From positions 385,232-449,231 of the forward strand of contig OY969573.1 in assembly GCA_963701175.1 (NCBI GenBank): DNA of 64,000 nt, given 5' to 3'. Of this stretch, positions 1-11,041 are shown piece after piece. Under the pieces are notes generated by a model. It worked only from the letters and a program-made list of their open reading frames with translations, was not told the DNA's origin and made no database searches. The stretch is from an uncultured Solirubrobacteraceae bacterium. Lineage in GTDB: Bacteria > Actinomycetota > Thermoleophilia > Solirubrobacterales > Solirubrobacteraceae. The stretch's first letter is position 1. Every line of letters starts with the position of its first letter. Made by a program: the position numbers and the translations under genes.

Positions 1-117
1 GCCGAGGAGTCCCGTCCTGCGGACCCGCTCGGCGCCCGCCGGCGCCGTCACCCGGGGGGCCTCGGCAGTGGCCCGCGGGCCGGCTCGCCGCGCGGGGAGC
101 CCGTCACCTCCGGGGCC

Positions 118-513
118 TCAGTCGCGCGTCGTGGCCAGCCCGGCGGCGGTGACCTTCTCACCCATCGCCTGGGCGAACGGCACCAGCGCCGAGATCGGCC
201 TCAGGAACACCGTGAAATCGCAGATCAGGCCGTCGTCGTCGAAGCGCAGCAGGTCGATGCCCTCGAGCTCGCGATCGCCGATGCCCGCCCGGAACACGAG
301 CGCCTCGATCCCGTCGAGCGCCAGCTCGTCTGTGTAGCGGAAGTTCTCGAACGTCTGCGAGACGATCTCCAGCAGGCGGGTGACGTCCTCGCGGCCGACG
401 AAGGGGTGGAAGGTGACGGGGCTGTGGAAGCAGACGTCCTCCGCCAGCAGCGAGGAGATTCCCTCGATGTCGCGCCGCTCGACGGCGGCCCGGAAGAGGC
501 CCGCGGGGTTCAC
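118..513 (-). CDS. SnoaL/NTF2-like family protein
   Basis: 131-aa ORF with NTF2-like pattern (LLAEDVCFHSP...GIDLLRFDDDGLICDFTVFLRP); 4-bp overlap with folB stop. Confidence 0.8.
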   Translation of the reverse strand: MNPAGLFRAAVERRDIEGISSLLAEDVCFHSPVTFHPFVGREDVTRLLEIVSQTFENFRYTDELALDGIEALVFRAGIGDRELEGIDLLRFDDDGLICDFTVFLRPISALVPFAQAMGEKVTAAGLATTRD

Positions 514-959
514 TCCGCTTCCCTCCAGACCTCGACCGAGACCTCATCAACGCTCAGCGCGATCGGCGGCTCGGGCTTGGAGGCCTTCACCCACACGCCT
601 TCGAGCTCGTAGTCGGCCAGCAGCCGGTCGGCGATCGTGCTGCAAAGCCTCTCGAGCGTGCGGTGCGAGCGCTGCTGGGCGAGCAGCGCCACGGTGTTGC
701 AGACCTCGGCGTAGTCGACCGTGTCCTCCAGCGAGTCGGTCACGGTGGCGTCGCTTTCGCCGATGTCGAGTCGCAGGTCGATCACCAGCCGCTGGCCGAT
801 CTCGCGCTCGGCATCGGTGAGACCGTGGTGCGTGTAGAGCGACAGGCCGCTGATTTCGACCGTGACCGACTCGGCCGCGCCCTCGCGATCGTCGTCGATC
901 TCGCCGGCATCCTCATCGTCCAGATCGTCCCCGCCCCCGGCCTGCTCTTCACCGTCCAT
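510..959 (-). CDS. folB: dihydroneopterin aldolase with acidic N-terminal extension
   Basis: HHG..E...GQRLVIDL, DTVDYAEV and TLERL motifs; lies directly after folP. Confidence 0.93.
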   Translation of the reverse strand: MDGEEQAGGGDDLDDEDAGEIDDDREGAAESVTVEISGLSLYTHHGLTDAEREIGQRLVIDLRLDIGESDATVTDSLEDTVDYAEVCNTVALLAQQRSHRTLERLCSTIADRLLADYELEGVWVKASKPEPPIALSVDEVSVEVWREAE

Positions 960-1785
960 CGGCGCCCAACGTAGCAGTCGCCACGGCCAGCGCCTCCGCC
1001 ACGGGAGCGACCTCGTGGACGCGGAAGATGCTGGCTCCGCGCTCGAGCGCTAGCACGCACGTGGCCAGCGTCCCCGGCAGCCTGCGGTCGGCCTCCAACG
1101 GGTCGCCCAGGCCATGGGCGCGGGCGCCGAGCACCCCGAGGAAGCGCTTGCGGGAGGTGCCGATCATGAGCGGGCGGCCGAGCGCGGCGAGCTCGTCCAG
1201 GCGCCCGATCAGGGCCAGGTTGTGCTCGAGCGTCTTGCCGAAGCCGATCCCCGGGTCGAGGATGATCCGCTCCTCGGCGATCCCGCCCGCCACGGCGAAG
1301 GCCAACCGCTGCTCGAGGAAGGCCTTGACCTCGTCCACCACGTCGCCCTCGTAGCGTGGTTCGCGTTGCATCGTGCGGGGCTCGCCGAGCATGTGCATGA
1401 GGCAGCACTCGACCCCGCCGGAGGCCACCACGGCGGCCATCTCGGGGTCCCCCCGCAGGGCGGTGACGTCGTTGACGAGACCGGCCCCGGCCTCGATCGC
1501 GGCGCTCGCGACCGCCGCCTTGGCGGTGTCGATCGAGACGGACACCCCGAATCCCGCCGAGGCCACCGCCTCGACCACCGGGAGCGTCCGGAGCAACTCC
1601 TCCTCGACCCCCACCGGCGTGGCCCCGGGCCGGGTCGACTCGCCGCCGATGTCGAGGATCTCCGCCCCCTCCTGCGCCAGCACACGGGCGTGCTCGAGCG
1701 CATCGGACGGCGCCAGGAAGCGGCCCCCGTCGGAGAACGAGTCGGGGGTCACGTTCACGATCCCCATCAGCCGGTAGGGCGCCAT
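949..1785 (-). CDS. folP: dihydropteroate synthase
   Basis: MGIVNVTPDSFSDGG, DIGGESTRPG, ILDPGIGFGK, GTSRKRF motifs. Confidence 0.97.
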   Translation of the reverse strand: MAPYRLMGIVNVTPDSFSDGGRFLAPSDALEHARVLAQEGAEILDIGGESTRPGATPVGVEEELLRTLPVVEAVASAGFGVSVSIDTAKAAVASAAIEAGAGLVNDVTALRGDPEMAAVVASGGVECCLMHMLGEPRTMQREPRYEGDVVDEVKAFLEQRLAFAVAGGIAEERIILDPGIGFGKTLEHNLALIGRLDELAALGRPLMIGTSRKRFLGVLGARAHGLGDPLEADRRLPGTLATCVLALERGASIFRVHEVAPVAEALAVATATLGADGR

Positions 1786-1885
1786 GTCTGGACGGGCAAG
1801 CTACCCCGCCGGCGGCCGGCGGGGGGTGCGAGCGCGGGACGGGGACTGGACGCCGCTGTTGAGCCCGCGCGAGCGGGCGGAGCGC

Positions 1886-3865
<1,980 letters not shown>

Positions 3866-3919
3866 TGGAGGTTCCTGGGTGTAGCTGGGCCGTCCAGAAG
3901 CTGAGACGACCGGCCACCT

Positions 3920-3928
3920 AGCCTACCA
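3920..3928 (-). promoter_or_regulatory. extended -10 element TGG-TAGGCT upstream of ftsH
   Basis: minus-strand TGn-TAnnnT about 55 bp upstream of the ftsH start. Confidence 0.45.
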
Positions 3929-4021
3929 CGGCATCCCCTGATTTCATGGGGGTGCAGGTGCCACGCCGGCCCGCAGGGAGGAGTCGAAAAGGGCCGTCTG
4001 AGCGCTGCTGGGCGGGGGTGC

Positions 4022-4573
4022 TCAGGAGTACTCGAGCGCCGCCACGAAGGGCAGGTTGCGGTACTGCTCGCCGTAGTCGAGGCCGTATCCGACGACGAAC
4101 TTGTCCGCGATCTGGAAGCCGACGTAGCGGCTGGGGAGCTCGACCTTGCGGCGGGACGGCTTGGTCAGCAGGGCGCACACCTCGAGGCTGGCGGGGTTGC
4201 GGGAGCCGAGGTTGCGAAGCAGGTACTGGAGCGTGAGGCCCGAGTCGACGATGTCCTCGACGATCAGCACGTCGCGACCTTCGATGGCGGCGTCGAGGTC
4301 CTTGAGGATCCGGACCACGCCCGAGGAGTCGGTCGCCGAGCCGTAGGAGGCGACGGCCATGAAGTCGACCTCGACCGGGATGTCGATGTAGCGCATGAGG
4401 TCGCTGAGGAAGAAGACGGCGCCCTTCAGCACCCCCACCAGCAGCAGCGAGCGGCCCGCGTAGTCGCGCGAGATCTGCTCCCCGAGCTCGGCCACCCGGT
4501 CGCGCAGCTCCTGCTCGCTGACGAGCGTTTCACCCAGGGTGGGGGTCGGTCCGACGCGCACGAGCGTGGCCAC
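4022..4573 (-). CDS. hpt: hypoxanthine phosphoribosyltransferase
   Basis: VLKGAVFF, VLIVEDIVDSGLTL PRPP motif, FVVGYGLD; classic tilS-hpt-ftsH order. Confidence 0.97.
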   Translation of the reverse strand: MATLVRVGPTPTLGETLVSEQELRDRVAELGEQISRDYAGRSLLLVGVLKGAVFFLSDLMRYIDIPVEVDFMAVASYGSATDSSGVVRILKDLDAAIEGRDVLIVEDIVDSGLTLQYLLRNLGSRNPASLEVCALLTKPSRRKVELPSRYVGFQIADKFVVGYGLDYGEQYRNLPFVAALEYS

Positions 4574-4584
4574 TGGGTGGCAGT

Positions 4585-5565
4585 CTAGCCCCGGCGCGGC
4601 GGCAGCTTGACGATCTCGAGCAGGCCCCCCTCGACGACGGCCCCGACGCCGCCCCCGATGTGCAGCTCGGCGCGGCCGCCACGCCCGTCGAGCTCGAGGA
4701 TCTCATCCACGCGGCTGCCCGCCTGCGGCACGTAGGTGCCGGCCGCCTGCTCGGCCATCGCCACCACGATCATCCGCGCGAGCGCCGTCGGGAGCTCGCG
4801 CAAGCGGGCCGTCTCGACGCTCTCGCGGCCGTCGAGCTCGGCCGCCACCAGCCCGTCCAGCAGCTCCGTCTCCTCGCGCAGCAGCGCGGCCGTGCGGAGC
4901 ACGTTGGACTCGGCTGCCGGGTGTACGGAGCGCAGCTCGGGGAGCACGCCCTCGCGCACGCGGGTGCGGGCGAAGCGCTCGTCGCTGTTGCTCTCGTCAT
5001 CGCGCCAGGCCAGACCCCGCTGGCGGCAGTAGGCCGCCGTCTGCTCGCGGGTCACGCCCAGCAGAGGACGGACCAGCCGGCCCTCCCGCGCCGGCATCCC
5101 CAGCAGCGCCCTGCGCCCGGGCGAGGCCGCCAGCCGGTAGACGATCGTCTCGACCTGGTCGCCGGCGGTATGCCCGGTGGCGAACACCCCGCCGCGCTCG
5201 CCGGCCAGCCGGCGGGCCTCGCGGTAGCGCACCTCACGTGCCCACGCCTGCAGGTTGCCCGCCCCCGGCGAGCGCTCGGCGCCCGCCTGGTGGACGTGGA
5301 GCGCCACCCCCAGCCGCGCGCACATGCTGCGGCAGTGCTCCTCGTCGCCGGCGGCGGCGGTGCGCAGGCCGTAGTTGACGTGCAGGGCTGAGACCTGCTC
5401 GGCGCCCAGCAACCCGACCGCGACGTCGAGCAGGCAGGTCGAGTCGCGTCCCCCGGAGTACATCGCCAGCAGCGGCACGGCGGGCGCGATCAGCCCCTGC
5501 TCGCGGACGCGTGCACGCAGCTCCTCCGCGGCCACGGGCTGGTCCTGGGGATACCCGGCCGCCAC
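4585..5565 (-). CDS. tilS: tRNA(Ile)-lysidine synthetase
   Basis: SGGRDS PP-loop, HVNYGLR, TGHTAGDQVET, RPLL, DESN...RTRVR. Confidence 0.95.
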   Translation of the reverse strand: MAAGYPQDQPVAAEELRARVREQGLIAPAVPLLAMYSGGRDSTCLLDVAVGLLGAEQVSALHVNYGLRTAAAGDEEHCRSMCARLGVALHVHQAGAERSPGAGNLQAWAREVRYREARRLAGERGGVFATGHTAGDQVETIVYRLAASPGRRALLGMPAREGRLVRPLLGVTREQTAAYCRQRGLAWRDDESNSDERFARTRVREGVLPELRSVHPAAESNVLRTAALLREETELLDGLVAAELDGRESVETARLRELPTALARMIVVAMAEQAAGTYVPQAGSRVDEILELDGRGGRAELHIGGGVGAVVEGGLLEIVKLPPRRG

Positions 5566-5568
5566 GGG

Positions 5569-6783
5569 CTACTCCTCGGGGCTGGCCACCGTGAACAGCT
5601 CGGTGGCGTCGGAGAAGCCCTTCAGGGCCACCTCTCCGATGCGGTGGAACTCGAGCCCGTCGATGCCCGTGGCCACGTCCACCACCGGCCGCGTGGCGAG
5701 CACCTCGCCGCCGGCCGCCCGGGCCACCACGCGCGCGGCCTGGTTGACCTCGCGGCCGTAGTAGTCGCCGTCGCGATAGAGCACCTCGCCGTAGTGGATC
5801 CCGATCCGCGGGGCGGGCTCGCCGGGGACGGTCTCGGCCTGCAGCCTTACCGCCCAGCCGGCCAGGGCCGCGGGGTCGCTGCCGATCACCATCACCTCGT
5901 CCCCCAGCGTCTTGATCACGCGGGCGTCGGCGGGCAGGCTCTGGCCGACCGCTTCGACGAACCGCTCCACCGTCTTCACCGCCTCCTCGTCGCCCCGCTC
6001 GACCGTCAGCCGCGCGTACCCGGCCAGGTCGGCGAACGCGATCGCCACCCGCAGGCGGCCGTCCTCCCCGCCCCCGTCGCCGAGCTCCGCCTCCACGTGG
6101 CCGATCAGGTCCTGCTCGATGAAGTGGCTCAGCAGGCGGTCGTGGACGTAGCCCAGCAGCGGCACCACGAAGGGGATCAGCTCGCGGACCATCTCTTCCA
6201 TCTCTTCGCCGATCTCCGCGCTCGGGACACCGGCCCGCATCAGCGGCTCGTGGACGTACAGGTGCACCAGCCGCACCTCGGCGTCGGCGATCTGCCCGAC
6301 CGCCTGGGCGTACACGCGGGCGAGCTGCAGGAAGGCCACCGGCGGCAGGCCGACGTCGAACATCGTCGCGACATAACGCAGCATCTCGACGTCCTCGTCG
6401 TTCATCGGCTCGGCGACCAGCGAGGTCAGCCCGAGCGCGGCCAGGATCCGCTCGATCATGGCCGCCTGCAGGCCGGTGTTGCGGGCCACCTGGCGCAGCG
6501 TGTAGCGGCCCTCGGTGCGGCGCAGGAGGCTCTCGATCGGGCCGATCGCGAGCTGGCCGCGGTCGCTCGCCTGCTTGATCTGCTCCAGCGAGTGCCCGCG
6601 GGCGCGCAACCTCGCCACCACCCTCACGTAGGCGGCCGCCGCCAGCGTCCAGTGCCCGTCGTAGCCCGGCACCAGGCCCCGCTCGACCCACCGCCTGACC
6701 GTCCCGGGCGAGACCCCGGCCCCGGCGGCCACCTGCTCGAGCGTCAGCGAGCTGACGCCGTCCAGGGGATCCTCAGCGCTCAA
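5569..6783 (-). CDS. class III adenylate/guanylate cyclase with N-terminal MerR-type HTH domains
   Basis: LTLEQVAAGAGVSPGTVRRWVERGL HTH; cyclase motifs AFADLAGY, KTLGDEVM, RIGIHYG, DYYGREVNQAARV. Confidence 0.88.
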   Translation of the reverse strand: MSAEDPLDGVSSLTLEQVAAGAGVSPGTVRRWVERGLVPGYDGHWTLAAAAYVRVVARLRARGHSLEQIKQASDRGQLAIGPIESLLRRTEGRYTLRQVARNTGLQAAMIERILAALGLTSLVAEPMNDEDVEMLRYVATMFDVGLPPVAFLQLARVYAQAVGQIADAEVRLVHLYVHEPLMRAGVPSAEIGEEMEEMVRELIPFVVPLLGYVHDRLLSHFIEQDLIGHVEAELGDGGGEDGRLRVAIAFADLAGYARLTVERGDEEAVKTVERFVEAVGQSLPADARVIKTLGDEVMVIGSDPAALAGWAVRLQAETVPGEPAPRIGIHYGEVLYRDGDYYGREVNQAARVVARAAGGEVLATRPVVDVATGIDGLEFHRIGEVALKGFSDATELFTVASPEE

Positions 6784-6850
6784 CTGTCGTGCCGGTTGCG
6801 ATCAGGGCGTCCACCGTCCCCCATCTTCCCTCCAGTCTAGAGTCGCGGCC

Positions 6851-7546
6851 CTGTCGCCCGGAGAGCCCCTGCACCTGCGCCCGACCGCCCCCCTGAGCGA
6901 GCGGGTGCTGCTTCCGGGCGACCCCGGCCGGGCGCTGATGCTAGCCCAAGCGGTGCTCGAGGAGCCGCGCATGTTCAACCACCACCGCGGCCTGTGGGGC
7001 TACACCGGCACCGCCCCCGACGGCGGCACCGTGACGATCCAGGCCACCGGGATGGGCGGCCCCTCGGCGACGATCGTGCTGGCGGAGCTGATCGCGCTGG
7101 GGGCTCGGCGGGCGATCCGGGTCGGGACCTGTGGGGCGCTGGCCGCCGGCCTCGAGCTGGGCTCGCTGGTGATCGCCGCCGAGGCGATCTGCGCCGACGG
7201 GACCTCGCGGGCGCTCGGAGCCGGTGAGCGGGCCTTCGCCGACGAGGGCATCACGAGGGCGCTCGGGCGCGCCGCGCCCGCCGCCGCCGCGGGGACCGTG
7301 ATCAGCGTCGACCTCTTCTACGACGCCGACCTCCAGCGTGCCGGGGACGCGCTGGCGGTGGAGATGGAGGCCGCCGCCCTGTTCGCCCTGGGAGCCCGTG
7401 CCGAGGTCGCGGTGGGGTGCCTGCTGACGGTCTCGGACACCTTCGACGGGCACGGCACCCGCGCCCGCATCGACGACGAGCTCCTGCGGGAGAGCGGCGA
7501 AGCGATGGGTCGTGCCGCGATGGCGGCGCTGTCGGGCGAGCGCTGA
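6851..7546 (+). CDS. purine nucleoside phosphorylase (DeoD-type, PNP_UDP_1 family)
   Basis: LLPGDPGRA, TGMGGPS, IRVGTCGA, AVEMEAA; frame is open upstream of the ORF-track start (6905) and HLRP..LSERVLL homology begins near 6870, so the start is uncertain. Confidence 0.85.
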   Translation: MSPGEPLHLRPTAPLSERVLLPGDPGRALMLAQAVLEEPRMFNHHRGLWGYTGTAPDGGTVTIQATGMGGPSATIVLAELIALGARRAIRVGTCGALAAGLELGSLVIAAEAICADGTSRALGAGERAFADEGITRALGRAAPAAAAGTVISVDLFYDADLQRAGDALAVEMEAAALFALGARAEVAVGCLLTVSDTFDGHGTRARIDDELLRESGEAMGRAAMAALSGER

Positions 7547-7635
7547 TGCCGCCAGCCGGCCGCCAGGCGCGCGCGAGCGGCGTTCGCTGCCGGGTCGAGA
7601 CCCTCTCGTGACGGCCACCTCGACGGCCGGACGGC

Positions 7636-8301
7636 TCAGGGGTCGAGCCCGGCGAGTCGCCGCACGCTCGGATCCAGCGGGATGCCCTCCCGCAGCCCGG
7701 GCGAGGGCAGCGGGCTTCCCAGACGCTGGCCGACGGGGACGGTCCCGGCCCACACCGCCAGCGCGGCGTCCTCGGAATCGTCGTCGTCGGGTGGTCCGCT
7801 GTGGGCCTTCACCGACGCCTCGGCGACCTCGAGCTCGAGGATCGCGGTGGCCTTCAGCTCCTGGCGGCTGGGAGCTCTGACCTCGGCCCAGCGGCCGGGC
7901 AGGACGGCCTCCATGAACGCCTCCAGCTCGGCGCACTTGCGCGCCTCGTCCACCGCCCGGAAGCGGCCCAGCACGATCGCCGACTCGTAGTCCGCGCCGG
8001 TCTCGAAGGCCGAGCGGGCGAGCACCCAGCCGTCGAACAGGGTGACCGTGAGGCACGCCGGGACTCCCGTCGACAGGAGCCTGAGCATGCGGCTGGCCGA
8101 GGAGCCGTGGATCAGCACACGCTCCCCGATGCGGGCATACAGCGTCGGGATGCAGTACGGCTGGCCCTCGTCGCTGAAGCTCACGTGGGCGACGCGACCG
8201 CGGTCGAGCACCCGCCGCAGCGACTCCCCGTCGTAGCGGGCGTTCTTCGGGATGCGGCGGATCCTGACGCGGGCTGACGGCGTGCCGGCGGTCGGGCCCA
8301 C
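7636..8301 (-). CDS. pyridoxamine 5'-phosphate oxidase-like flavin-binding protein (NimA-like)
   Basis: PYCIPTLY, IHGSSASRM, LARSAF, YESAIVLG, WAGTVP motifs. Confidence 0.85.
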   Translation of the reverse strand: MGPTAGTPSARVRIRRIPKNARYDGESLRRVLDRGRVAHVSFSDEGQPYCIPTLYARIGERVLIHGSSASRMLRLLSTGVPACLTVTLFDGWVLARSAFETGADYESAIVLGRFRAVDEARKCAELEAFMEAVLPGRWAEVRAPSRQELKATAILELEVAEASVKAHSGPPDDDDSEDAALAVWAGTVPVGQRLGSPLPSPGLREGIPLDPSVRRLAGLDP

Positions 8302-8313
8302 GCCTGCCGCGGC

Positions 8314-8883
8314 TCAGGCCCCGCGCCGACTGCCCGCGGACTTCTTCGGACGCCCCCCGGCGGCTTTCTTGGCGGCGGCCTTCGGCGCTGCGCCCACGGC
8401 TTTCTCGGGGGCAGCCTGCGGCCGCGCGCCCGTGGCTCGCTTCGGGGCGGTCGCGGCGGCCGGCCGCTGGACCCGCGCCAGCAGCAGGTCGAGCTTGCCG
8501 ATCAGGCCGTCGAGCTGTCCCTCGACGCGCTCGAGGCGGGCCTCCAGTTCGGCTGGCCCGCGGCGCTCGGCGAGCCGGGAGCTGTCCAGACGCTCGACCC
8601 CGTCCTCGATCGCCTCCAGGCGCTGCGAGAGCGAGCGGATGCGGCGGGTGAGCCGTTCGATGTCGGCGGCCGAGGGCAGGTTCAGCGCGCCGAGCGCCAC
8701 CTCCTGGGCCTGGGCGGCCTTCTCGCGGGCGTCGAAGGCCCTGCCGATCGCGCCCGTGAAGAGCGGGCTCTCGAGCAGTTCCGAGAGCGCCCGGCCGAGA
8801 CGCTCCTCGGCGTTGCCGCCGAGGCGATCCCTCAGGCTCCTGGCCGGGGTCACGTGCTCGTCGCTGAAGGTGGGGTCTGGCAT
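8314..8883 (-). CDS. coiled-coil protein with Ala/Lys-rich tail (phasin/PhaE-like motif)
   Basis: LNLPSAADIERLTRRIRSLSQRLE coiled coil; C-terminal APKAAAKKAA tail. Confidence 0.6.
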   Translation of the reverse strand: MPDPTFSDEHVTPARSLRDRLGGNAEERLGRALSELLESPLFTGAIGRAFDAREKAAQAQEVALGALNLPSAADIERLTRRIRSLSQRLEAIEDGVERLDSSRLAERRGPAELEARLERVEGQLDGLIGKLDLLLARVQRPAAATAPKRATGARPQAAPEKAVGAAPKAAAKKAAGGRPKKSAGSRRGA

Positions 8884-8969
8884 GCTCGGGGCGCGCTCGG
8901 CGGGGGCGGGTGTCCGGGGTTTCCGCCCTGCGGCTCGGCGCGCGCTGCGCGGAAGGATACGGTGCAGCC

Positions 8970-9836
8970 GTGGCGCCGCGGTGGTTCGTGTTCGTGCAGT
9001 TCGAGTTCCCGTGGGTTCTCGGCCCGGCCCCCGGGCGCTATCTGATGCGGACCCGCGACGGTGGCGAGCCGGAGCGCGTGGTCGTGATCGAGAGCCAGGG
9101 CCAACGCGAGCAGGAGCAGCCGGCGAGTGCCGGCGAGACCAGGATCATGATGATCGACCCGGTGTCGCTGTCGGCCGAGCAGCAGGCGCAGGCGTGGCTC
9201 GACGAAGTGGTGGGCGATCCCGGCCGGGCGGTGGAGGAGGCGCTGGCGTTCGTCAACCGGGTCGTGTACCTGCACCGGCTGGCCGCCGCCGACCCCGACG
9301 TGCACGAGCTGACGGGCGCCCAGGCCGCCCGCGCGCGGGCGGGCTGGGGCGAGGGCGAGGAGCTGGCCGGGGGGCGCTGGACCCACGCGCGGGAGCTGCC
9401 GGCGACGGCGGCGCCGCGCAGGCGTCTGTTCGGCCGGCGCTCGAAGCGGGAACGCACCGACGAACTGCAACACGTCGAGCACCTGGCCGCGCTGCTGGGC
9501 TGGCGCGAGCACCCGCTCGTATGTGAGGAGCTGACGCTGCGGGCCCGCCTCGACCTGGACTCCGGTCGGCTCGCCCACGCGGCGCTCGAGTTGCGCCAGG
9601 CGATCAGGGTGGCGGTCGCCGAGCTGCGCCGCGAGGGCCGCCAGGACCTCGTGCTGCGGGTGGACGAGCTCGACCAGCTCTCCCAGGGCGTCGAGCTGCA
9701 GGCGCGGGGGCCACTGGCGGGCGAGACCGGTCCCGGCGACGGGGACCCAACCGACGTCGGGCCCGACGGCGAGCTGCTGGCCCACGCCCTCGGGCGGCTG
9801 GAGGCGGTGCTGCGCGCTCGCCAGCGGCGCGTCTAA
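8970..9836 (+). CDS. hypothetical protein
   Basis: long ORF with coding-like GC3 bias; likely GTG start at 8970 (ORF track starts 8910). Confidence 0.65.
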   Translation: MAPRWFVFVQFEFPWVLGPAPGRYLMRTRDGGEPERVVVIESQGQREQEQPASAGETRIMMIDPVSLSAEQQAQAWLDEVVGDPGRAVEEALAFVNRVVYLHRLAAADPDVHELTGAQAARARAGWGEGEELAGGRWTHARELPATAAPRRRLFGRRSKRERTDELQHVEHLAALLGWREHPLVCEELTLRARLDLDSGRLAHAALELRQAIRVAVAELRREGRQDLVLRVDELDQLSQGVELQARGPLAGETGPGDGDPTDVGPDGELLAHALGRLEAVLRARQRRV

Positions 9837-9849
9837 CCTGAACGGCGCG

Positions 9850-11001
9850 ATGCAGCCCACGGCGACCGCGATCGGCACCTGGAGCGGAGGGCGGTTCATG
9901 CATTTCGGGGAGCCGCTGGACGAACAGCGGCTGGTCTCGCTGCTGAGGCCAGGGGGCGGCATCGACACGCTGATCACGGCCGACGTCTATGGCGAGGGGG
10001 CCGCGGACGCGCTGCTGGGCCGCGCCGTGCGCGGGGTGCCCCGCGAGGACTACTGCCTGGTGGGCGCCGTCGGGCACGACTTCTACGAGGGCCGGCGGGA
10101 CGGGCCCAAGGGCTTCCCCCGCTTCACCGACCGGCGGCTGCGGGGCGAGGACCGCTACGGCGAGTACCTGAGGATGGCAACCGAGCGCAGCCTCGAACGC
10201 TGCGGGGTGGACCGCTTCGACGTGTTGCTGCTGCACAACCCGGACCGCACCGGCTACTCCAGCGAGGCCGTCTGGGAGGGGATGCGGGCGCTGCGGGACG
10301 AGGGCCTGGCGGACGCCCTCGGCGTCGCGCCGGGACCTGCCAACGGCTTCACCCTCGACGTGATCCTGTGCCTGGAGCGGTTCGCCGAGCTGATCGACTG
10401 GGCGATGATCATCCTCGGGCCGATGGAGCCGTGGCCGGGCGAGCTCGTGCTGCCGGCCGCCGGGGCGGCCGGTGCGGGGGTGATCACCCGGGTGGTCGAC
10501 TACGGCGGCCTGTTCCACGACGACGTGCTCCCCGGGCACTCCTTCGTGGCCCACGACCACCGCGGCTTCCGTCCCCGGGGCTGGGTCGAGGAGGGCCGGC
10601 GCAAGCTCGAGCTGATGCGCCCCTACGCCGCCCGTCACGGGCTCACGATGCTGCAGCTGGCGTGCCTGTGGAATCTCGGCCAGGCGGGCGTGCGGTGCGT
10701 CGTGCCGACGCTGATCCAGGAGGACGGGACCGGCGCCCGCCCGGTGGAGGACAAGCGCGCCGAGCTCGCCGCCCTGGACGCGCTGCGAGTGCGCCTGACC
10801 GACCAGGAGCTGGCCGCGATCCGGGCGATCGGCGACAACACCGGCTGCATGACGCTGAAGGGCGCCAGCGGCGAGCACGAAGGGGACGAGTTGCCCGACC
10901 GCTGGGGCCTGGACGACGAGCTGGCCGAGGTCGCCGGGCGCTGGGGGATCGACCCGGCCAGCGACCTCGCGCGGCACGAGCCGCTGGCGGCGGGGAGCTA
11001 G
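9850..11001 (+). CDS. aldo/keto reductase
   Basis: IGTWS, TADVYGEG, SLERCGVDRFDVLLLHNPD motifs. Confidence 0.88.
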   Translation: MQPTATAIGTWSGGRFMHFGEPLDEQRLVSLLRPGGGIDTLITADVYGEGAADALLGRAVRGVPREDYCLVGAVGHDFYEGRRDGPKGFPRFTDRRLRGEDRYGEYLRMATERSLERCGVDRFDVLLLHNPDRTGYSSEAVWEGMRALRDEGLADALGVAPGPANGFTLDVILCLERFAELIDWAMIILGPMEPWPGELVLPAAGAAGAGVITRVVDYGGLFHDDVLPGHSFVAHDHRGFRPRGWVEEGRRKLELMRPYAARHGLTMLQLACLWNLGQAGVRCVVPTLIQEDGTGARPVEDKRAELAALDALRVRLTDQELAAIRAIGDNTGCMTLKGASGEHEGDELPDRWGLDDELAEVAGRWGIDPASDLARHEPLAAGS

Positions 11002-11041
11002 CCCGGCGCCCCGGCGAGGCGGCGCGGCACCCCTTCGCCCG

